This document shows positions 57,507 to 64,000 of a DNA stretch of 64,000 nucleotides, one piece after another. Position 1 is the first letter of the stretch. Every line of letters begins with the position of its first letter. Source of the stretch: Alphaproteobacteria bacterium (GTDB taxonomy: Bacteria; Pseudomonadota; Alphaproteobacteria; RF32; CAG-239); assembly GCA_017479985.1 (NCBI GenBank), contig JAFVBL010000011.1, positions 464 to 64,463 on the forward strand. Reading direction: 5' to 3'. A program made the translations under genes and the position numbers. The notes beneath the pieces were generated by a model. The model saw nothing but the letters and a program-made list of their open reading frames with translations, was not told the DNA's origin and ran no database searches.

Positions 57507-59510
57507 ATGTGGATGGATACAGAAAATAAAGTGACGCAAGATGAGGTTATTTCGCCTCTCAGTCACGATGTCAGCGGCGCATTTTCCCGCAGCGGCGAAT
57601 CGAAATCTAAGGAAAAATATAATCCGCTGTGGCTTGATACACTTCTGGTTGTGCTGTTTGTGAGTTTTCTGTATTTTGTTGATTTTATTCTATTTGCCGG
57701 TTCCGGAAATTTGGAAGTTTTTAAAAATTCTGTTTTTCCGGTACCCGAAGTATCTGTTATTTTATTGATTATCCCGATTTTTATCGTACTTTTGATTACA
57801 CCGTTTCATAGTCAAAAACCAATCAAATATGCAGTCGCATCGGTTCTGACATTTTGTTGTATATATATTCTGTTTAGGCAATTTTTCCAATACCACCAGC
57901 AATTTGCTATCGGAGCTTATATGATGCCGATTTCTGTTTTGGTCGGGATTATCATAAGTTGTGTCGTTTTTGTGGTTTTTCAACAAGATAAATTGCTGTA
58001 CAGAGTTTTATTGGTTGTTGCCGCAGCAGTTTTGTTCGGAAACGTTTATTATACGTATTGTTCAAAAAACTCGGAGAATCATGGATTTGAAGAAACATAT
58101 AATACACAAACGGCCGTAGAGGAATCGAGTAAAAAATTTATTTATTTTTTGTTTCCGAATTTTGTTTCTTCCGCTTATTTGTCATCTTTCGATAATGCAA
58201 CAGCGCAAAAAACAAACGATTTAATTCAGGGGTTTTATCAAGCTAACGGATTTAAAGTATTTACACAAGCCTATACGCCGGAATACACTTATCTTGAAAA
58301 TATGGTTCGTTCGTTTAATCCGTCATCGGATAAAAGCAGTAAACAACATATTATGACTACTCAAAAGCTTGATGCATATTGGCGATTCTATAATTTACGA
58401 AATGAGTATATATTCCCTCAAAATAATGAATTATATGACTACTTTAAAGAAAAAGATTATCAAATTTCAGCATATAAATCACGTGATTTTGAAATGTGTC
58501 GCAAACGTTATGATTATAACGTCAACCGATGTGTCGAAAAAGTAAACAGACCGACGGATTTGAGTAATACGAATTTGCCGGTGCTGACCAGAGCCGGTGT
58601 GTTGGCAATGGAATGGCTGTCGAGTATCTTTTCATCAAACAACTTATTCAACGTATATCAATTTTTACACAGATTCGGCTCGTTACCGTTAGGCGGAACC
58701 AATTTTAATAATCTGTATGTTCTGGATTCAATCAAGATATTTGATATTTTGGCGAAGAATATACGTCAGGATTCTGGTAAACAAGCATATTTTGTTTTTG
58801 CGGACTTACCGTCAAATATGTATATTTATGATGAATTCTGCCATATCAAAGATCGAACAGAGTGGCAAAATATTACGGATATGCCGTGGGAAAACAATAA
58901 TAACAATACGGAACGTCGTAACGCTTATTTGCAACAAACTCAATGTTTGGTCGGTCAATTAAATAAATTTATCAAAGATTTGAAAAATGACGGATTATTT
59001 AATGATACAACCGTTGTGATTCAGGGAACTTCCGGTGTCGGAGATTTTCGAAAAAATATCGAACACGACTCACCCATAGACAGTTTTGTTTACGACAGAA
59101 TGGTAAATATGGCAATATACGCACCGCAAACCGAGAAAAGTAAAAAAGCCGAAATGATTGATGAGCGTTTTTGTGCAGCCAACCAGATTTTAGCCGAATA
59201 TCTGTTTGAGGATAAAAAATGCGGTGAGGATTTAACCGGTTTTCACGAAAAAACACGGGAGGGGGTAAACAACCGCCTTAAAGAACTGACCGCAAACGCT
59301 AAAGAAAATAAAGTGCAAATATTTGAAAAGTGGTACAAAAATTGGCTTGAGTATGCCGATATATCAGGTTTTGATATGAATTTTCAAACAAAACAAAATC
59401 TTTCTGAAGACGGTTTGGACAATCAAGAAACAGAAATTCTTGAAGATGTTGATTTCCCGCAAGAAACTCAGAAAAATTCCGAAGAGAATTTCGGTATTGA
59501 TGATTTATGA
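57507..59510 (+). CDS. Polytopic membrane protein with a periplasmic domain weakly resembling a degenerate sulfatase/phosphoethanolamine-transferase fold
   Basis: About five N-terminal TM helices. Later segments (AYFVFADLPSNMYIYDEF; YLQQTQCLVGQLNKFIKDLKNDGLFNDTTVVIQGTSG) sit where EptA-like enzymes have H.PY and Y...V...D.....L.......T.V...SDHG, but the metal and nucleophile residues are replaced. Acidic C-terminal tail. The start is 1 nt after the gatB stop. Confidence 0.4.
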   Translation: MWMDTENKVTQDEVISPLSHDVSGAFSRSGESKSKEKYNPLWLDTLLVVLFVSFLYFVDFILFAGSGNLEVFKNSVFPVPEVSVILLIIPIFIVLLITPFHSQKPIKYAVASVLTFCCIYILFRQFFQYHQQFAIGAYMMPISVLVGIIISCVVFVVFQQDKLLYRVLLVVAAAVLFGNVYYTYCSKNSENHGFEETYNTQTAVEESSKKFIYFLFPNFVSSAYLSSFDNATAQKTNDLIQGFYQANGFKVFTQAYTPEYTYLENMVRSFNPSSDKSSKQHIMTTQKLDAYWRFYNLRNEYIFPQNNELYDYFKEKDYQISAYKSRDFEMCRKRYDYNVNRCVEKVNRPTDLSNTNLPVLTRAGVLAMEWLSSIFSSNNLFNVYQFLHRFGSLPLGGTNFNNLYVLDSIKIFDILAKNIRQDSGKQAYFVFADLPSNMYIYDEFCHIKDRTEWQNITDMPWENNNNNTERRNAYLQQTQCLVGQLNKFIKDLKNDGLFNDTTVVIQGTSGVGDFRKNIEHDSPIDSFVYDRMVNMAIYAPQTEKSKKAEMIDERFCAANQILAEYLFEDKKCGEDLTGFHEKTREGVNNRLKELTANAKENKVQIFEKWYKNWLEYADISGFDMNFQTKQNLSEDGLDNQETEILEDVDFPQETQKNSEENFGIDDL

Positions 59511-59534
59511 TAATAAATTAAGGCAAAAAATAAA

Positions 59535-60545
59535 ATGATGGTTACGGAAAAAATTCGCATTTTTTGCAAAAATCGCCGAGCATTTTGGTCTTTGGTATTA
59601 TTTTGCGGAATTTTTTGCCTCTCTTTATTTTCCGAATTTATTGCCAATGATAAACCATTGATTGTGAAATATAATAATCAGATTTTATTTCCGTCGTTTA
59701 TAACTTATTCCGATGAATTTTTCGGCGGTGATTTTCCGACGGCTGCAAATTATAACGATAGGCTGATTAAGGAAAATATTACACAAAACGGTTGGATGAT
59801 TATGCCGCCGATACCGTATTCTTTCAACACGGTCGACTATTATCTGGGTACGGCGACCCCATCGGCACCGGACAGTAAACATTGGCTCGGAACAGACGAG
59901 GAGGGAAGAGATATTGTGGCGCGTCTGTTGTATGGCATCAGGCTGTCAATCGTTTTTGCATTTTTTCTGACCGTTATTTCATCGGCACTCGGTATTTTTA
60001 TCGGCGCGATTCAAGGATATTTCGGAGGTAAAACAGATCTTATTTTTCAAAGGCTTATAGAAATTTGGGATTCTCTGCCGCAGTTATTTATTCTTATTAT
60101 TATTGCCAGTGTGTTTTTGCCGACATTTTGGAGTTTACTGGTTATTTTGCTTTTATTTTCTTGGACGGGATTGACCGGAATGGTACGTGCGGAATTTCTT
60201 CGGCTTCGTAATTTTGAATTTGTAAAAGCAGCCAAAGTTCTCGGGGTCAGCAACTTTCGCATTATGTTCAGACATATTCTGCCGAATGCGTTGGTGACAT
60301 CGGTGACTTTTATTCCTTTTATTATGGCAGAAGCGATTACTTCCTTGAGTGCGCTTGATTTTTTAGGCTTAGGTTTGCCGACAGACTATCCGTCGCTCGG
60401 AGATTTGGTGCGGCAAGGCAAAGACAATTTACAGGCACCGTGGATCGGTATCAGTATTTTTGTGGTACTTTCCGGATTACTTTCAATGCTTATTTTTATA
60501 GGTGAGGGGATTCGTGATGCTTTAGATACAAGGAAAAACGGATGA
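59535..60545 (+). CDS. yejE: Peptide/microcin-type ABC transporter permease YejE
   Basis: Collinear with E. coli YejE: ANDKPL, HWLGTD..GRD..ARL.YG.R.S, RAEFLR.RNF....AA..LGVS and QAPW.GI...... .LIFIGE..RDA.D. Confidence 0.85.
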   Translation: MMVTEKIRIFCKNRRAFWSLVLFCGIFCLSLFSEFIANDKPLIVKYNNQILFPSFITYSDEFFGGDFPTAANYNDRLIKENITQNGWMIMPPIPYSFNTVDYYLGTATPSAPDSKHWLGTDEEGRDIVARLLYGIRLSIVFAFFLTVISSALGIFIGAIQGYFGGKTDLIFQRLIEIWDSLPQLFILIIIASVFLPTFWSLLVILLLFSWTGLTGMVRAEFLRLRNFEFVKAAKVLGVSNFRIMFRHILPNALVTSVTFIPFIMAEAITSLSALDFLGLGLPTDYPSLGDLVRQGKDNLQAPWIGISIFVVLSGLLSMLIFIGEGIRDALDTRKNG

Positions 60546-62122
60546 GCTTATTGGAAATTAAACATTTATCAGTCACCTTCAATAGTCGAGAAAATACAAA
60601 ATTTCAAGCTGTTAAAGATATAAACCTAAAGTTAGAACAGGGCGAGATTCTCGGGATTGTCGGTGAATCCGGCTCCGGAAAATCTGTCACGGCACTATCT
60701 GTTCTGGGGTTATTACCGTATCCGAAAGCAGAGCATACTGCAAACTCATCAATTATTTTTGAAAATCAGGAACTTATAGGATTAAATGATAAGAAATTTC
60801 AGACAATACGCGGCAATAAAATAGCTTTTATTTTTCAAGAACCGATGTCGTCATTGAATCCTTTGCATAAAATCGGTAAACAAATTTCCGAAAGCTTGAA
60901 ATTGCATCAAAATTTAAGCAATGATGAAATAAAAAAACGCACTCTGGAGTTGCTTGAAGCTGTAAAGATTCCCAATCCCGAAGAAAAGATGAATGCGTAT
61001 CCGTTTGAATTATCCGGCGGTCAGCGTCAACGCGTTATGATAGCGATGGCGATTGCCAATAATCCGCAAATTTTGATTGCAGACGAACCGACAACAGCAT
61101 TAGATGTTACTATTCAAGAACAAATTATTGATTTATTGATGGAATTAAAGCAAAAATTGGGAATGGCTATTATTTTTATCAGCCATAATTTAAGGCTTGT
61201 CCACAAAATAGCAGATAATATCGCGGTAATGTATCAGGGGAAAATCGTTGAATACGGAACGTCGGAGCAAATATTCAATAACCCGCATCATAATTATACA
61301 AAAAAGTTAATTTCATCAAATTCTTTATTGAATTTACAAGATAAAATAAATACAAACGTAATTCTGAAAGCCGAAAATATTTCAGTTACTTTTCCGCTTA
61401 AAAAAAATATATGGGGAAGGGTGATTAAAGAACTGAAAGCTGTTGATAATATCAGCTTAAACCTTAATCAAGGAGAAACTTTGGGAATTGTCGGAGAGTC
61501 CGGATCTGGAAAAACAACCTTAGCAATGTCGATTGTTAATCTGATTAAGCACTCCGGAGAAATATACATAAAAAACAATGAGATATTTAATGAAGTTAAT
61601 TATTTTACAAAAGATCTTCAATTTGTTTTTCAAGACCCATACAACTCATTGAATCCGCGTATGAATATTTCACAGATTATCGGTGAAGGTCTGACTGTTC
61701 ATTATCCGCAACTCGACAAATCGGAATCTCTGGAACGAATTAAACAAATTGTACGCGAAGTTGAACTGGATGAAAGCATTTTAAATAAATATCCGCACGA
61801 ATTTTCCGGCGGGCAGCGCCAGAGAATAGCGTTGGCACGTGCATTGGTTCTAAATCCTAAAATCGTTATTTTAGATGAGCCGACATCTGCACTTGATGTT
61901 ACGGTTCAAGCGCAAGTTATTATGTTGTTAAAACAACTGCAACGTAAGTACGGTTTGTCATATATTTTTATTTCGCACGATATGAATGCGGTGCGCGCAA
62001 TGTCGCATCAGATTCTGGTAATGAAGGACGGTAAGGTTATTGAGAGCGGTTCAACGGAAAACATATTTAACAATCCGCAACATACATATACCAAGCAACT
62101 TATTCGTGCGTCAATTTTATAG
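60542..62122 (+). CDS. yejF: Peptide/microcin-type ABC transporter ATPase with duplicated ATP-binding domains (YejF)
   Basis: Two complete ABC cassettes (GESGSGKS twice, LSGGQRQR twice, DEPTTALD and DEPTSALD). ATGA overlap with yejE. Confidence 0.9.
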   Translation: MSLLEIKHLSVTFNSRENTKFQAVKDINLKLEQGEILGIVGESGSGKSVTALSVLGLLPYPKAEHTANSSIIFENQELIGLNDKKFQTIRGNKIAFIFQEPMSSLNPLHKIGKQISESLKLHQNLSNDEIKKRTLELLEAVKIPNPEEKMNAYPFELSGGQRQRVMIAMAIANNPQILIADEPTTALDVTIQEQIIDLLMELKQKLGMAIIFISHNLRLVHKIADNIAVMYQGKIVEYGTSEQIFNNPHHNYTKKLISSNSLLNLQDKINTNVILKAENISVTFPLKKNIWGRVIKELKAVDNISLNLNQGETLGIVGESGSGKTTLAMSIVNLIKHSGEIYIKNNEIFNEVNYFTKDLQFVFQDPYNSLNPRMNISQIIGEGLTVHYPQLDKSESLERIKQIVREVELDESILNKYPHEFSGGQRQRIALARALVLNPKIVILDEPTSALDVTVQAQVIMLLKQLQRKYGLSYIFISHDMNAVRAMSHQILVMKDGKVIESGSTENIFNNPQHTYTKQLIRASIL

Positions 62123-62131
62123 GAGAAATTT

Positions 62132-62257
62132 ATGCAACTTGGCAGAATGATTATGAAATTGGTAAAAGCAATTTTTCTGGCGTGTTTTGCAATATTAAGA
62201 CATTGTTACTGGTTGCTTGCATTTTTGCTTTTATATTGGATGTTGAAACATTCATAA
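62132..62257 (+). CDS. Candidate 41-aa hydrophobic small protein
   Basis: Not in the ORF track because it is under 60 aa. AGGAG lies 6 nt before the ATG at 62132 and 9 nt after the yejF stop. Translation: MQLGRMIMKLVKAIFLACFAILRHCYWLLAFLLLYWMLKHS (one or two TM). Confidence 0.35.
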   Translation: MQLGRMIMKLVKAIFLACFAILRHCYWLLAFLLLYWMLKHS

Positions 62258-62640
62258 CTCAATTGTTTTGATTTTATTTAAAATAGTTGTAATACGTAAT
62301 TTTCCTATATTTCGCTTTATAAAACTATTCATAATATATATTATGCGACAAATAATATTATCAGAATGAGGATTTTTTATTTTATAACATTTCCATATTC
62401 CCTTGTGCGTCTAAAAACTTTATTTGCGCTATACAAAGGTCAGTTACCTAAACTCGCATACGCACAGCGCTGCGAAAGGTATGACTTTATCTTTACACGA
62501 CAGTATATTGTATGGCAGGAGATTCTTCGACTGCCCAATAATGACGTGTTTTGTTTTTTAGGAGATTGTTCAAGGTCGTCTTCGCCTTCTCGCTTACGCA
62601 AGAATGACTTGTTTTTATACAACATCTTCCTTAAAAATGG

Positions 62641-62669
62641 TTGACAAATTCAACAAAACAAGTTATACT
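62641..62669 (+). promoter_or_regulatory. Near-consensus sigma70 promoter for the 62689 gene
   Basis: TTGACA (62641-62646), 17-nt spacer, TATACT (62664-62669). AAGGAG at 62676-62681 and ATG at 62689. Confidence 0.65.
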
Positions 62670-62688
62670 ATTATAAAGGAGTAAAAAA

Positions 62689-63453
62689 ATGACTGTCGGT
62701 GTTAAAGATATATCCGTTACGGATAAGCTGAAAGAAATAAAAAAACGTGTGTTACCGCAATGTCCGCCGTTGCCGATGACAAATATCGACAATAATATGG
62801 CGGCGCACATTGTCTATACACAAAATGCAGACAACAAAAAATTAAAAAATTATGCGGTTAAAATGAAATTTGCCGATGTTTTTGATATTATCCGACAGAA
62901 CTTCAAAAACTATACCACAAAAGCAGCACATCATTTAAACTCTCGTTTTATACAGCCTGATGCCGAACAAGAACTCATCGACTTGCATTATAAAGGTGAT
63001 GAAAAATTGCACCGTTTGATGCTGTATTTGGATATTGCACTCAAAGATTTTGAAAAAAATGTCGCACGTTTTATGCCGAATACGGAAAATACCGACTATA
63101 AATTGGATATTTCCGTCAGCGGTATGGATAAATCTGATATTCGGATTGGATTTAAAAATGCCGAAGGTAAACAAATCGGGCCTTTTTTAAGCACACACGT
63201 TACAACCTCGCCGTTGGACAGATATGATATGCTGACCGTAAATATCGGATATATCGATAAGCATAAACAGCCGATTCTGACACACACTTTCAGCTATGAT
63301 GTGTTAGAAAACGCCGATATTATGGCAGAACAACGCGGTGATAAATCGTATTTGAAAACAACGGAACAAATTCGACACGATAAATTTAAAGATATGTCCG
63401 TTAAAGCAAATAAAGAACGCTTGCGGAGCAAAAGAAATTCTCTTGAAATATAA
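62689..63453 (+). CDS. Hypothetical protein
   Basis: Strong promoter and SD, 254-aa ORF, no signal peptide and no family recognised. Confidence 0.6.
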   Translation: MTVGVKDISVTDKLKEIKKRVLPQCPPLPMTNIDNNMAAHIVYTQNADNKKLKNYAVKMKFADVFDIIRQNFKNYTTKAAHHLNSRFIQPDAEQELIDLHYKGDEKLHRLMLYLDIALKDFEKNVARFMPNTENTDYKLDISVSGMDKSDIRIGFKNAEGKQIGPFLSTHVTTSPLDRYDMLTVNIGYIDKHKQPILTHTFSYDVLENADIMAEQRGDKSYLKTTEQIRHDKFKDMSVKANKERLRSKRNSLEI

Positions 63454-63483
63454 AAAAGGGGCAATAAATCCCCTTTCCTTTTG
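63452..63483. terminator. Terminator between convergent genes (stronger for minus-strand lpxA)
   Basis: Stem AAAGGGG (63455-63461) / CCCCTTT (63470-63476). On the minus strand it is followed by TTTTTTAT. Confidence 0.6.
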
Positions 63484-63503
63484 CCGTTTTGTAATCAGCT
63501 GAA

Positions 63504-64000
63504 TCAATCGGCAATTGTGATATTGCGTTTTCCCGCAAGTGATTCTTTTATAAACTCAAGTTGTTCCATAACCATTGCGTTATCGGCATATTTTTCAAAT
63601 GCCGCATCAACACGCTCGGCAAATGTTCCGTCTTTGCCGCGGAAAATATACATAAATGCACGTGTGCAAGCCTTGATGGTCTTTTCATCAATTCCGCTGC
63701 GGCTCATACCGATAACGTTCAGACCGCGCAAACTTGCCGGCATACCGTTGGCAATACCAAACGGAATAATATCACGTGCCACACCGGAAACGCCGCCAAC
63801 CATAGCCTTACGCCCGATATGCACAAATTGATGCACGGCACAGTTGCCGCCCAAAATCACGCCGTCACCCAAATGAACGTGTCCGCCGATAACCGCATTG
63901 TTGGTCATAATCACATTGTTGCCGACCACGCAATCGTGTGCAATATGCGAGTTAATCATAAACATACCGCCATCGCCGACCACAGTCGTAAAATGCTCCT
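63504..64000 (-). CDS. lpxA: Acyl-ACP--UDP-N-acetylglucosamine O-acyltransferase LpxA (3' part; gene runs off the window)
   Basis: Left-handed beta-helix hexapeptide repeats (SHIAHDCVVGNNVIMTNNAVIGGHVHLGDGVILGG), then the LpxA C-terminal helical domain (GLN.IGM.R.G). The reading frame stays open to position 64000. Confidence 0.85.
   Translation of the reverse strand, partial: EHFTTVVGDGGMFMINSHIAHDCVVGNNVIMTNNAVIGGHVHLGDGVILGGNCAVHQFVHIGRKAMVGGVSGVARDIIPFGIANGMPASLRGLNVIGMSRSGIDEKTIKACTRAFMYIFRGKDGTFAERVDAAFEKYADNAMVMEQLEFIKESLAGKRNITIAD

Noticed and set aside
62366-62644. 92-aa plus-strand and 61-aa minus-strand ORFs in the spacer after yejF
   Set aside because: Neither has a usable SD (on the minus ORF, AAGGAAG abuts the ATG with no spacing). 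Neither has a recognisable motif or coding-like composition.
1-64000. Looked for CRISPR arrays, IS elements or transposases, integrases, prophage genes, reverse transcriptases and rRNA
   Set aside because: No regularly spaced direct repeats, no recognisable transposase, integrase or RT motifs in any ORF, and no rRNA-like sequence were seen. The tRNA-Asp at the left edge has no adjacent integrase.

Overview
AT-rich, tightly packed chromosomal segment from a Gram-negative bacterium. The gene set looks alphaproteobacterial: an HPr kinase lacking its N-terminal domain, an MJ0042-type zinc-ribbon gene divergent from ftsEX, plus mlaEF, lolCD, lpxA and gatCAB. Desulfoferrodoxin, a Bat aerotolerance-type cluster and a nitroreductase suggest an anaerobic or microaerophilic lifestyle. 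About 65 protein genes and one tRNA-Asp are supported. I saw no rRNA, CRISPR array, transposase, integrase or phage gene. Housekeeping blocks are radA-cvpA, pepA, mutY, rpoD-dnaG and a roughly 12.7 kb same-strand array from ftsE to yejF. They are interrupted by small accessory patches. The best candidates for something uncharacterised, in order: (1) a 527-aa HNH-motif protein translationally coupled to a SUKH/SMI1-like immunity-type gene and butted against the essential t6A gene sua5 (14.5-17.4 kb); (2) an orphan consensus promoter plus strong terminator enclosing about 310 nt with no convincing ORF (20.16-20.50 kb); (3) a four-gene operon of membrane protein, MORN-repeat protein, secreted protein and DUF2130 nuclease-like protein (38.9-42.8 kb); (4) lemA with two tandem divergent DUF3137-like paralogs; (5) a degenerate sulfatase-like membrane protein sitting where yejAB would be, upstream of yejEF and a 41-codon ORF. 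Two decaying genes are visible directly: a prolyl iminopeptidase with one in-frame TGA, and an NSS transporter missing its core. All family assignments come from motif recognition by eye, not from searches.
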